Below the pieces are notes generated by a model, which was not told the DNA's origin, did no database searches, and saw only the letters and a list, made by a program, of their open reading frames with translations. Below are positions 1 to 9,697 of a stretch of 64,000 nucleotides of DNA, one piece after another; the stretch's first letter is position 1; each line of letters begins with the position of its first letter. This DNA is from an uncultured Trueperaceae bacterium. Lineage in GTDB: Bacteria; Deinococcota; Deinococci; Deinococcales; Trueperaceae. The position numbers and the translations under genes were made by a program. The stretch is from positions 192,001-256,000 of the forward strand of contig CAWCXJ010000008.1 of assembly GCA_963799485.1 (NCBI GenBank). The letters run 5' to 3'.

Positions 1-744
1 GAGTGGCGGCGCGTGTTGCGGGCCGCTCTCAAACACCGGGCGGTGGGGCCGCAGGCGTTTTTTGTAGCGCGGGCGCTCCCGGCGTACCGGGCGTATGTTG
101 CGGCGTTTTCCGGCGCGGCGCGGCGTACCGGGGCGACGCTTGTCGCGGGCTCGAGCTTTCTCCCGCATATCGAAAACGAGGCGGCGCGCGGACTGCACGT
201 CGCCGATGGACGGGTGCAAAACGTGGCGTATACCTTCGGGCCGACGGGCACTTTGCTGGGGCGGAGCGGGAAACGTTACCTGACCGGGGGGCTCGAGTCG
301 CGTCTCGGCTTGTCCCGCGCCCCGGCTGAGAGCCTGCGCGTCTTGCACACCCCGGCAGGGCGCGTCGGGGTAGCGCTCTGTTTAGACGGGTTTTACAGTT
401 CGGTGTTGGAGACCTTCGACGGTCTAGGCGCGGACATCGTGGTGCAACCGAGCGCCAACTACGCCCCCTGGACGCGCCGCTGGCCCCCCGACGAAAGCTA
501 TTCGGAGGGCGAGGCGTGGCTGAGTTTGGGTCTCCGGGCCGGGCTGAGAGGGCGGCAAACGATCCGTTACGGCGTCAATCCGATGCTGGTCGGCGGGATG
601 TTCGAGCTGCGCGCCGAGGGGAGAACGAGCATCGTCGCCAATTCGCGCTACCTCGAGGCCGAAACAGAAGGCTACAGCGGCGTCGTGGCGCTCGCGCGGA
701 GCTGTGACGCCGAAGAGGTTGTCAGGACGACCGTAGAACTTTAA
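1..744 (+). CDS. Carbon-nitrogen hydrolase (nitrilase superfamily), 5'-truncated by the window edge
   Basis: Nitrilase-like motifs SGKRYL (Lys) and GVALCLDGF (Cys), plus GADIVVQP. Confidence 0.7.
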   Translation, partial: EWRRVLRAALKHRAVGPQAFFVARALPAYRAYVAAFSGAARRTGATLVAGSSFLPHIENEAARGLHVADGRVQNVAYTFGPTGTLLGRSGKRYLTGGLESRLGLSRAPAESLRVLHTPAGRVGVALCLDGFYSSVLETFDGLGADIVVQPSANYAPWTRRWPPDESYSEGEAWLSLGLRAGLRGRQTIRYGVNPMLVGGMFELRAEGRTSIVANSRYLEAETEGYSGVVALARSCDAEEVVRTTVEL

Positions 745-820
745 CCCCAACCCTCGGGGCCGGTTTACGGCGTCTTCGGGCGGTACCGCAAGAACCCGCT
801 ACGCCCGTTAAACTGATGAG

Positions 821-2701
821 ATGGTGTTGTCGGCCCTTTATGACGTGGAAAAGTTTTACGGCGAGCAGGTGGTGCTGGACGGCGTCACCTTGGAGCTGCG
901 CGCTTCATCACGAACGGCCTTGATTGGGCGTAACGGGGCGGGAAAGTCAACAATTTTACGGCTTCTCTTAAACCAAGATGCGCCCGACGGCGGCAGCGTC
1001 TTTCGGCGCGACGGGGTGAGCGTCGCGATGTTGGCGCAAGACCCCATCATCCCCCCCGGGATAAGCATTTTGGAGCTTTCCGAAACGGCGTTTGCCGAGC
1101 TGGACGAACTCGAACTTGGGTTGCAGGGGCTCGAGCACGAAGGCTTGGACGACCCCGAGGTTTACGCCCGCTGGGAAGTTCTGCACGAAACCTTCGAGCG
1201 GCGCGGCGGCTTTGAACGGCGTTCACGTAGGGATTCGGTACTCTTTGCCCTCGGGTTTCGCGGGCGCGAACACGAGGTCGCCGGCCACCTCTCCGGCGGC
1301 GAAAAAACGCGCTTGGGGCTTGCGCGCCTGTTGATGGCGCAACCCGACGTACTGCTGATGGACGAACCGACGAACCACCTCGACATGGCGATGCGCGACT
1401 GGTTGGGCGGTTATTTGTCGCGCTATCCGGGCGGCGTGCTGCTCGTCTCGCACGACCGGGCGTTTCTGGATGAGACCTGCGACGCGACCGCCGAAATCTC
1501 ACAGGGGGCGCTCCGGACGATGAATACGACCCCGACGCGTTACCGCGAAGCGCGGGCCGAGCAGGAGCGGCTCGAGGCCGCCACCCGCGCCAATCAGCAA
1601 AAAGAGCACGAGCGCCTCGCCGCCGCCGCCACCCAGATGAAACGCTGGGCCGGTCAGAGCGAAAAACTCCACCGCCGCGCCAAGGCGATGGAGCGCCGCA
1701 CCGAACGTTACGCCGCCACGATGCTCCCCGACGCCGAGGCTGCCGAGCGCCGGACCCGCTTTACCTTTCCCTGCGACGACTCCGGCGAAATTGTCTTGCA
1801 GGCGCAGCATTTGAGTAAAAATTACGGCGGTGAACAGCTTTTTAACGACGTGGACTTCGTTTTACGGCAAGGCGAACGCGCCGCGCTCGTCGGGCCGAAC
1901 GGCGCAGGAAAATCGAGCTTTTTACGGGTCGTTTTGGGCGAAGCGCCGAGCGACGACCCGCGCGCGTTGTTGCGCTTCGGCTCCCGTGTCCGCGTCGGCT
2001 ACTACGACCAGGAACTGCGCGGCGTCGAACCGGACGCAACCCTGTTTGAAGAGTTGGTCCGGCTCGTCGGTGACGGGGCGGCGCACAATCTCTTGGGGCG
2101 TTTTTTGTTTCCCTATGACGCGCAGTTCAAGCTTGTGCGTAACCTTTCCGGCGGCGAACGGGCGCGCTTGGCGCTCCTTAAGCTCACCCTTGGCGAGTAC
2201 AACTTTCTGGTGCTGGACGAACCGACAAACCACTTGGACGTCGAGATGATCGAAGCGCTCGAGGCTGCCTTAGCCGCCTACACCGGCACGCTCTTGATCG
2301 TCTCGCACGACCGGCGCTTTATCGCCCAAACGACCGACCTCGTGTGGGAGCTGGATAGTGGGCATTTTACGGCGTATGAAGGCGACTGGAGCTTTTACGA
2401 GCGTAAACGCCGTGAGCGGAGTTCTGAAGCGCCCGAAGCCGAGTCGGTACAGGTCGAAACTCCCAGAGGCGAACCCAGAGGCCCCTCGAGATGGCAACTC
2501 GGGCGCGACCAGGAGGCGTTAGAGGCGCGGATTGCCGAACTCGAGGCTGAACTCGGCGCGTTGACGCAAAAGCTTACGGCTCCGCAAACGCTCAGCGCCG
2601 ACGCGCTTGTGGAGGTGAGTGAGCGGCACGGACAGCTCGAGGCCGAACTCCTAGACGCGATGGCCCGCTGGGAAGAGACGGCACAGAGGCTCGAGGTCTG
2701 A
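821..2701 (+). CDS. ABC-F family ATP-binding protein
   Basis: Two NBDs (GRNGAGKS/LSGGE/DEPTNHLD and GPNGAGKS/LSGGE/DEPTNHLD), no TM segments, C-terminal coiled coil. Confidence 0.92.
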   Translation: MVLSALYDVEKFYGEQVVLDGVTLELRASSRTALIGRNGAGKSTILRLLLNQDAPDGGSVFRRDGVSVAMLAQDPIIPPGISILELSETAFAELDELELGLQGLEHEGLDDPEVYARWEVLHETFERRGGFERRSRRDSVLFALGFRGREHEVAGHLSGGEKTRLGLARLLMAQPDVLLMDEPTNHLDMAMRDWLGGYLSRYPGGVLLVSHDRAFLDETCDATAEISQGALRTMNTTPTRYREARAEQERLEAATRANQQKEHERLAAAATQMKRWAGQSEKLHRRAKAMERRTERYAATMLPDAEAAERRTRFTFPCDDSGEIVLQAQHLSKNYGGEQLFNDVDFVLRQGERAALVGPNGAGKSSFLRVVLGEAPSDDPRALLRFGSRVRVGYYDQELRGVEPDATLFEELVRLVGDGAAHNLLGRFLFPYDAQFKLVRNLSGGERARLALLKLTLGEYNFLVLDEPTNHLDVEMIEALEAALAAYTGTLLIVSHDRRFIAQTTDLVWELDSGHFTAYEGDWSFYERKRRERSSEAPEAESVQVETPRGEPRGPSRWQLGRDQEALEARIAELEAELGALTQKLTAPQTLSADALVEVSERHGQLEAELLDAMARWEETAQRLEV

Positions 2702-2855
2702 TTACAGCGGTGTCGAGGAGGTTTGACAAAGTACCGCGCGAACCCTGCCTTCAAATACGACCCGGCTGCCCCTGGCGCTTTGGACCGCACGCCTGTTTGG
2801 TTGCACGGTTGAAGACGTGTTTAATGAAGACGTATTTTGAGGGCGAGCAGGCGGG

Positions 2856-3296
2856 TTAAACCTCGAGTAAACGCTCGTCTAGACGTACATCGGCGTAGCT
2901 GCGCTCGCCCATGAGATACTTGAGCATACTCTCTTCGTTTTGCGGCAATATGACGCTGCGGCTGCCTAGATGACCCTCGAGCCGCCCTACCTCAAAGCGT
3001 CCCTGAAACACGTCGGTCATCCCCCGTGCGAAAAGCAGTTGCGGATTGAAAATACCCAGACAAACGAGCCGCCGCTCCGCGAAGGTGTGGAGCGTCAGGT
3101 GCGCTTCGGGCAGCGCCAAAGCGACCGAAACCCCGTCCGGAAACCAGTAGCTGACCCTGACCGGGTCGCCACTCACGGAACCGAGCGTGTTGAGAAGCCG
3201 GTAAGCCGTTTCGATAACCCAGCCCTCGTCGTGCAGGGGAGCCGACGCGCCGTAGCCGTCGACAATCATATGTGCGCCGTAGCCGAGCGAGTTCAC
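2856..3296 (-). CDS. S-adenosylmethionine decarboxylase (SpeD)-like protein lacking the cleavage serine
   Basis: GAHMIVDGY and GVSVALALPEAHLTLHTF resemble the SpeD G.H..D and ESH..IHT motifs, with Ser replaced by Ala. Confidence 0.65.
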   Translation of the reverse strand: MNSLGYGAHMIVDGYGASAPLHDEGWVIETAYRLLNTLGSVSGDPVRVSYWFPDGVSVALALPEAHLTLHTFAERRLVCLGIFNPQLLFARGMTDVFQGRFEVGRLEGHLGSRSVILPQNEESMLKYLMGERSYADVRLDERLLEV

Positions 3297-3481
3297 CCGC
3301 GTAGCCTATCACGCACGGGTACGCCGCGAAATTAGACCGTAAAACCGTAAGCTGCACCCCGACCATGCAAAAACCCTCGCCATAATGCTGCAAAGAGGGT
3401 CGCTGAAGTAGTGTGGTTCGGCTTTAGCTGCTCGAGCCGTAGTCATGCAGTTATGTTGCGCGCCGGAAACGGCTCGAGCGC

Positions 3482-4798
3482 CTAGCCCTTGACACCCCCG
3501 GCGGTGTACTGCCCGGTCAGCGCGTTTTGAAACGAGTAGAAAATAATCAGAATCGGCAAGCTACCCAGCACGGCGCTTGCCGCGAGTGTGCCCCACTGCG
3601 TCTGAAAGGCGTTGTTGGTAAACGCCCGGAGGCCGATCCCGACCGTCCATTTATCGTCGCCGGTCAGGAGGATGTTCGCCAAAATGAACTCGCTGTAGGT
3701 TCCGATAAACTGCAACAAGAAGATAAACAGCAGCATCGGTACGCTGATGGGCAGGATAATCCGCCAGAACGCGCCCCAGCGGGTCGTGCCGTCAACGAGC
3801 GCAGCTTCTTCTAGACTCGGACTGATCGACTCGAGATAGCCCTTAAAAATCCACGAGGCAAAGGCAATCGCCCCACCCGAATAAGCCAAAATCAGGCCCG
3901 CAAAGGTGTTTAACAGCCCCAGGTAGTTCATCAGGTAAAAAATCGCCACCAGCGCCATAAAACCGGGAAACATCTGCACGAAGATAAAACTCAGCAGGGT
4001 ACCGTAACGCCCCTCGAACTTCATCCGGGCAAAGGCGTACCCGGCGGTCGTGCTGATGAGTACGGCAAAAATCCCGGTCAGGCCCGAGACCAAGAGCGTA
4101 TTGCGGATAAAGAGCACGACTTTTTTCTCGCTGCTCGAGAGTACCCTTTCGCCCGCCTCGTTGACCGAAAAGAACTGGTTGTTGTTGATACTGACGACCA
4201 GCACCGCCGCGCTGCCGACGAGCGTCCAGATGGCAGCTGCTTTTATCCGCTCGGTAGCGGGCGTGTTAGGATTCGCATTGTTCGCTATAATTGCGCCGAT
4301 AAGGACAATCGCGGCAACGACCAGCAGACCGACGAGCAACCACTGGTACCAGAACAAGTTCGTCTCGCTCAGGACGTTCTGGTACTGCACCAGCGAGAAC
4401 TTCGAGGGGTCGGGCAAGATACCCGCGCGCACCAGCAGGTTGCCGGTTTGCGGCGGCGGCGTATTGAGGTTGTTGATGCGGTTGAACGAAACTGCCAAAA
4501 GGTTGATGACCGGATAGAGCGTCAAGAGAATAAACACCCAGATAAAGGTGTGACTCACTGCCGTCGTCGCGTAGGCGCTCGCCTTGTTGCGGCTGGTCGC
4601 GCGTCCGTAGAGATACGCGCCCAGGATAATCGCGGTGACGACGACGACAAAGCCGATGAGCAGTTTTAGCCAACCGTAAGGAATGACCAGAAAGCGGCTC
4701 CGGTCAATTTGCGCGAAAGCGACGCCAAGTGACAGCAGGCCGAGGCACGCCGCCGTGCGAAAAAGCTTCGTGTTCGTAAAGTCCAGATAGGCGTTCAT
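3482..4798 (-). CDS. malG: Maltose/maltodextrin ABC permease MalG
   Basis: EAA loop SLEEAALVDG, QMFP, AGYAFAR; lies in the mal cluster. Confidence 0.85.
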   Translation of the reverse strand: MNAYLDFTNTKLFRTAACLGLLSLGVAFAQIDRSRFLVIPYGWLKLLIGFVVVVTAIILGAYLYGRATSRNKASAYATTAVSHTFIWVFILLTLYPVINLLAVSFNRINNLNTPPPQTGNLLVRAGILPDPSKFSLVQYQNVLSETNLFWYQWLLVGLLVVAAIVLIGAIIANNANPNTPATERIKAAAIWTLVGSAAVLVVSINNNQFFSVNEAGERVLSSSEKKVVLFIRNTLLVSGLTGIFAVLISTTAGYAFARMKFEGRYGTLLSFIFVQMFPGFMALVAIFYLMNYLGLLNTFAGLILAYSGGAIAFASWIFKGYLESISPSLEEAALVDGTTRWGAFWRIILPISVPMLLFIFLLQFIGTYSEFILANILLTGDDKWTVGIGLRAFTNNAFQTQWGTLAASAVLGSLPILIIFYSFQNALTGQYTAGGVKG

Positions 4799-6399
4799 AC
4801 GTTCGATTCCTCCTTAAGCGCGCCCGTGACGCGGAAATTGATCAAGCTGATGGCGATGGTGATAAAGAAAATTAAGAGCGAAATTGCTGAACCCAAGCCG
4901 TAGGCGTACCCTCCGACCGCCTGAAACGCCTCGTTGTACGCCCACGAGATAAGGATGTCGGTACCGCGCGCCGTCGAGGTGCCGCCGTCGTAACCGGGGC
5001 CGCCGCCGGTCAGGAGGTAAATGAGGCCGAAGTTGTTGAAGTTAAAGGCGAACCCTGTCAGGGTAATCGGCACGAGGGCGGTGCGCAGGAGCGGTAACGT
5101 CACGCCCGTCACACGCCGCCAGACGTTCGCGCCGTCAATTTTGGCGGCTTCGTAGAGGTCTTCGGGGATCGCTGAAAGTGCGCCGAGGGTTGCGGTCATC
5201 ATAAAGGGCAGGCCGAGCCACAGGTTCACCAGCAAGATTGCGCCCCTCGCAGGCCACACGTCGCCGAGCCAGTCGAGGACGGGCAGGTCGAGGAGCGCCA
5301 GAATGCGGTTGACCGCGCCGAAGTTCGAGTTCAAAAAACCTTTCCACACCTGAATGGTGATGATGCTCGGCAGCGCCCACGGGATAATCAGCAGGGTGCG
5401 GTAGAGGTTACGAAACCTGAGGTTCGGGTTGTTCAGGAAAATTGCCAAAAATACGCCGAAGACGGTGTTGATAAGGACCGTTGACACGGCGAACAAGATG
5501 TTCCACAAGAATACCGGGCCGAGTGAACGGGTTGCCTGATTAAAGATAGTACGGAAGTTTTGCCAGCCGACGAAACCGAAGTCGTTGTAGCGCGTGATGG
5601 CGGCGTAGGTCTCACCTTGGGGCAGCGGTTCGTCAAGGGTGACGGTATTGCCGTCAACTGAAAGCATCGTCCGGCGGACGCCCGCACTCGGTACCGCGAC
5701 GCCGACGTTCTCTAGATTTACCGCGCCGGGCGGCGCACGTTCCAAGGTCAAGGTATTGCCGTCTACAGCGGTGACGTTAAACTCGGCGCTGAAACCGATG
5801 TCGGTCAGCTCGAGCGTCACCACCGAGGGCGTCGTGCCTTCGGGGAGCGGTTCGGCGAGGGTCAGGGTGGTGCCGTCAAGGGCGGTTGCCGCTACGCTCA
5901 AATTACCCGAAACATCGATGAGCGCCGGAACGTCTGTGCAGCCGTTCCTTAAGGCTTGACAGCGGAGCGTCGCAGCGTCGGCGACCTCTACCGTCGCCCC
6001 CTGGACACTCGCAATATCGGTGCGGCTACTGATATTGAGCTCACCGTTACGAATCCCCGCGTAGTCGGTAAACGCCAGAATAACCGTTAAGATAACCGGG
6101 AAAAGCGCGAAGGTCAGCAGAAACAAGATAGACGGCAGCAGGTAGTACCACGGCATAATCCATTCAAAGCGCCGGGCAATGACCTGAAGCGCGACAAGCA
6201 GTACGGCTAAACCGATCAGTACCCCGACGTAAAGCGGCACGTTTGGTACCACCTGCTGAACGAGCCAGGTACCGGCAAAGGCGGCGACGGCGGCGATGGT
6301 AATCGCAAGCAGCAGCAAGAGGAGCGCTTTCCACAGCCGTGCGCCCGTCCCGCCTGAACCTTTAGGCAAATGATCCGAAACCGGACGTGAAATGTCCAC
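4795..6399 (-). CDS. malF: Maltose/maltodextrin ABC permease MalF
   Basis: LYEAAKIDGA, FAFNFNNF, TDILIS motifs; large periplasmic insert. Confidence 0.87.
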   Translation of the reverse strand: MDISRPVSDHLPKGSGGTGARLWKALLLLLLAITIAAVAAFAGTWLVQQVVPNVPLYVGVLIGLAVLLVALQVIARRFEWIMPWYYLLPSILFLLTFALFPVILTVILAFTDYAGIRNGELNISSRTDIASVQGATVEVADAATLRCQALRNGCTDVPALIDVSGNLSVAATALDGTTLTLAEPLPEGTTPSVVTLELTDIGFSAEFNVTAVDGNTLTLERAPPGAVNLENVGVAVPSAGVRRTMLSVDGNTVTLDEPLPQGETYAAITRYNDFGFVGWQNFRTIFNQATRSLGPVFLWNILFAVSTVLINTVFGVFLAIFLNNPNLRFRNLYRTLLIIPWALPSIITIQVWKGFLNSNFGAVNRILALLDLPVLDWLGDVWPARGAILLVNLWLGLPFMMTATLGALSAIPEDLYEAAKIDGANVWRRVTGVTLPLLRTALVPITLTGFAFNFNNFGLIYLLTGGGPGYDGGTSTARGTDILISWAYNEAFQAVGGYAYGLGSAISLLIFFITIAISLINFRVTGALKEESNV

Positions 6400-6419
6400 G
6401 TATGACCCCTTTCAGAACT

Positions 6420-6457
6420 AAAAAAGCCGCTAGGTCGTGTTTCCCTAGCAGCTTTTT
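6420..6457 (-). terminator. Stem-loop after malE (terminator-like or mRNA stabiliser)
   Basis: AAAAAAGCCGCTAGG...CCTAGCAGCTTTTT imperfect inverted repeat with a T-tract on the minus strand. Confidence 0.55.
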
Positions 6458-6471
6458 CTTTAAGTATTGCC

Positions 6472-7662
6472 CTAGTTTCCTTCGATTTGTGCGACCGCGC
6501 CGCTCAGCACTTGCGCGGGGTCCGAACCTTGGCTTTCCAAAAGGACGGTCAGCGCGTCGCCCATCGGCCCCCAGACGTTGCCCATTTCAGGAATGTTGGG
6601 CATCGGTTCGGCCTCTTTGTAGGCGGCGATAAAACCGGACAGTACGGGGTCGTCGGCGACGGCGGCAGCGGCCTCTAAGGAGGTCGGGATGCGACTACTC
6701 ATCTCGGCGAGTTTAATCTGCGCGTCGGGGCGGGTAAGCCACTTGGCGAAGTTTGCGGCGTCGGCCTTGTTTTGCGAAAACTCGTTTAAGAGGACGCCCT
6801 GAACGCCGATAAAGCCTTTCCAGGTGGTACCGTCCGCCATCGGTGGGATGGGCATCGCGGCAACCGGAATTCCGGCCTCGCGCGCGTTGGCAATGACCCA
6901 GGGGCCGTTATAGATCATCGCCGCCGAGCCTTCGTTAAACAACCCTTCGGCAACCGACGAATCGGTTCCGGGTGGAATCAGCCCGTAGTCGTACTGCAGC
7001 GCCTTAATCTGCTCGGCACCCTTGATTGCGCCTTCGTTGGCGAGGCCCACATCGTTCGGGTCGAGGTTGCCTTCGGCGTCGCGCTTAAAGACGTAACCGC
7101 CGTTCGAGAGAATCCAGTTGTACGAAAAGTAAAAGTTCTTGTCATCGTACAAAAAGCCGTAGGTGTCGCCGCTGGTCAGCTCCTGCGCTTTGGCGATCAT
7201 GTCCTCGTAGGTTGCCGGAAACTCGCTTTCAGGCACGAGGTCGGTGTTGACGACCAGCGCCGGGCCTTCGGAGTAGACGGGCAAGCCGAAGAGCCGACCG
7301 TTAAAGGTAAACGCCAGCCGCGCCTGTTCGGAAAGGTCGGCTAAATAGTCTTCGGTGGCAAACTGCGACATATCCGCCAGCACGCCGCCCGCTGCGAGTT
7401 CACCGAGCTGGTCGTGGGGAAGTGTGACCACGAGGTCGGCGGCTTCACCTTGCGGGGCGGCGAGGAGCATTTTCTGCTTGAGTTCACCTAATTCGATGCG
7501 GGTGATGCTCACCGGGACGCCGAACGCCGCTTCAAAGGAGGCGGCTTCACCCTGGAGCCACTCGAGGTCGGTCTCACCGAAGTGACTCCAGACCGTGACC
7601 TCTTGCGCGGTCGTTAGGCCCACCGCTAAAAGAAGCGAAAGCGCGACAAACAGCTTTTTCAT
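6472..7662 (-). CDS. malE: Maltose/maltodextrin-binding protein
   Basis: Signal peptide, PHDQLG, YNGPW, PMPNIPEMGNVW. Confidence 0.9.
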   Translation of the reverse strand: MKKLFVALSLLLAVGLTTAQEVTVWSHFGETDLEWLQGEAASFEAAFGVPVSITRIELGELKQKMLLAAPQGEAADLVVTLPHDQLGELAAGGVLADMSQFATEDYLADLSEQARLAFTFNGRLFGLPVYSEGPALVVNTDLVPESEFPATYEDMIAKAQELTSGDTYGFLYDDKNFYFSYNWILSNGGYVFKRDAEGNLDPNDVGLANEGAIKGAEQIKALQYDYGLIPPGTDSSVAEGLFNEGSAAMIYNGPWVIANAREAGIPVAAMPIPPMADGTTWKGFIGVQGVLLNEFSQNKADAANFAKWLTRPDAQIKLAEMSSRIPTSLEAAAAVADDPVLSGFIAAYKEAEPMPNIPEMGNVWGPMGDALTVLLESQGSDPAQVLSGAVAQIEGN

Positions 7663-7861
7663 AAAGTTCCTTTCGGTGCTGAACTTGACACAAGCGCAGC
7701 GGCCCCGTGGGGCATTTATTTTTTACTTACACCTTAGAGCTTACACAATAAATTGAGGACAGTAAAGCGTGTTAGCCCTCAGTTGATTTTCTGTGCTGCA
7801 CGCTGCTTGCAGGGCTCGAGCGTGTTAAAAAATGCACGCTTGCAGTGTTAAGCTGGGCCGA

Positions 7862-9697
7862 ATGTTACATAACCTTTCACTCTTACACGACCCGCTGCGC
7901 GGGCGGCATGAAGGCAAGGCTGTCACCGTCGCCCTGCAAACGAGTCAACCCGTAACGGCGGCCTGGGTGCGAAGTGAACCCGACAACGAGGAGTTTTTGA
8001 GCCCACTGCTTCCTAAAGGTCGAAAGGGACGCTGGTTCATCTACCAGGGCGAGTTGCGCCTCAACCCGGCGGACACGGTGACGCGTTACGCCTTCAAGGT
8101 GTTGCCGGAAGCTTCAGCACATCAGCCGGGGCAAGTGTGGCTGAGCGAACTCGGTCAAACACCGTATTTTCCCGAACGTGCCGGACACTTTCGTTTCAAT
8201 CCGGGTTACAAGCCGGTGCCGTGGCTCTGGTCGCAAGTTTTCTACCAGATTTTTCCCGAGCGTTTTTATGACGGGGGCCCCGGCAACAACGTCGTGAGCG
8301 GCGAATACCTTTACGAAGGCAAGCCGGTCGTGGCGAAGGCGTGGGACGCGTTGCCGGAGCGTAAACAGGGGCCGAGGGAGTTTTACGGCGGCGACTTGGA
8401 GGGTATTCGGCAAAAGCTGCCGTACTTGCAAGACCTGGGTGTTACGGCGCTCTACTTAAACCCCGTCTTCACCTCGCCGAGTTCACACAAGTACGACACT
8501 GTAGACTATTTTCACGTTGACCCGCATTTTGGCGGCAACGAAGCACTGGAAACGTTGTGCGCGGCGCTGCGTGAACGCGATTTTCGCCTGATTCTAGACG
8601 CCGTGGTCAACCACACCTCGGAGCGTCACCCGTGGTTCGACCGTTACGGTGAGTACGACAAGGCTGGGGCATATGGTGGCGGCGAAACAAAAGACTTCTA
8701 CACCTTTGCTTCTGCTGACCCCGATTCGTACAGCGGCTGGATTGGTGTCAAAACTTTGCCCGTACTCGACTTTTCGCACCCCGAGGTGCGGCGGCGTGTC
8801 TACGAGGCCGACGACGCGGTGCTGCGGTACTGGTTGCGTCCGCCCTACAGCATCGACGGTTGGCGTTTCGACGTGGTGCATATGCTGGGCGACGGTACCG
8901 GGGCTAAAAACAACGCAGCGTATGTGCGCGGGTTTCGGCGGGCAATCAAGGAAGAAAACCCCGAAGCGCTGGTTTTGGGTGAACACTTTTTCGAGGCGAC
9001 CGCTTGGTTGCAGGGCGACCAGGAAGACAGCGCCATGAACTATTACGGGTTTACGCTGCCGGTGCGGGCGTTTCTGGCAGGTACCGATCACCGGGGGCAT
9101 TCTCTACAGATTGACGCGCGCGATTTTGAGTATCTGCTGACGAGGGCAAGGGCTCAACTCCCCTTTGAAATCCAGCTCTCGCAGTTCAACTTGCTCGGTT
9201 CACACGACGTCGCGCGGCTGCTCACACTTTTAGATGGCGATACTGCGCGGCTTAAATTAGCTGTGACGTTGCTGCTGACCTACATCGGCGTGCCGTGCGT
9301 CTATTACGGCGATGAAGTGGGGCTTTTGGGCGGCGATGACCCCGACTGTCGCCGGACGTTTCCGTGGGACGCGGCGCGCTGGAACCAGGACATGCTAGCT
9401 CACTACCGGGCGCTGATTGCCTTTCGGAAAAAGCGGCGCGTGTTGCAAGAAGGGCTTTTTATCCCGCTTTACGCTGAAGGGGATGTGGTCGCATTCGCGA
9501 GGGTTTTGGAAAGTGAAATGGTGTTCGTTATTGTCAACCGTGGGGAAGCGGTGGGGCTCGAGCTTGACCTCTCGCAAGTCGGCCTAAAAGATGAGCGGCT
9601 TCAGTCGTTCTTTGAAAACGAGCTTGCTCGAGTTGAAGATGGCGTTTTACAACTGACATTGGAAGCGTGCAGCAGCCGAGTCCTCTTTACAAGTTAG
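7862..9697 (+). CDS. malZ: Maltodextrin glucosidase (GH13)
   Basis: FYQIFPERF, FYGGDL, HKYDT, DGWRFDV, GEHF, LGSHD; start set at ATG 7862, 7 nt after TAAGCT. Confidence 0.88.
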   Translation: MLHNLSLLHDPLRGRHEGKAVTVALQTSQPVTAAWVRSEPDNEEFLSPLLPKGRKGRWFIYQGELRLNPADTVTRYAFKVLPEASAHQPGQVWLSELGQTPYFPERAGHFRFNPGYKPVPWLWSQVFYQIFPERFYDGGPGNNVVSGEYLYEGKPVVAKAWDALPERKQGPREFYGGDLEGIRQKLPYLQDLGVTALYLNPVFTSPSSHKYDTVDYFHVDPHFGGNEALETLCAALRERDFRLILDAVVNHTSERHPWFDRYGEYDKAGAYGGGETKDFYTFASADPDSYSGWIGVKTLPVLDFSHPEVRRRVYEADDAVLRYWLRPPYSIDGWRFDVVHMLGDGTGAKNNAAYVRGFRRAIKEENPEALVLGEHFFEATAWLQGDQEDSAMNYYGFTLPVRAFLAGTDHRGHSLQIDARDFEYLLTRARAQLPFEIQLSQFNLLGSHDVARLLTLLDGDTARLKLAVTLLLTYIGVPCVYYGDEVGLLGGDDPDCRRTFPWDAARWNQDMLAHYRALIAFRKKRRVLQEGLFIPLYAEGDVVAFARVLESEMVFVIVNRGEAVGLELDLSQVGLKDERLQSFFENELARVEDGVLQLTLEACSSRVLFTS

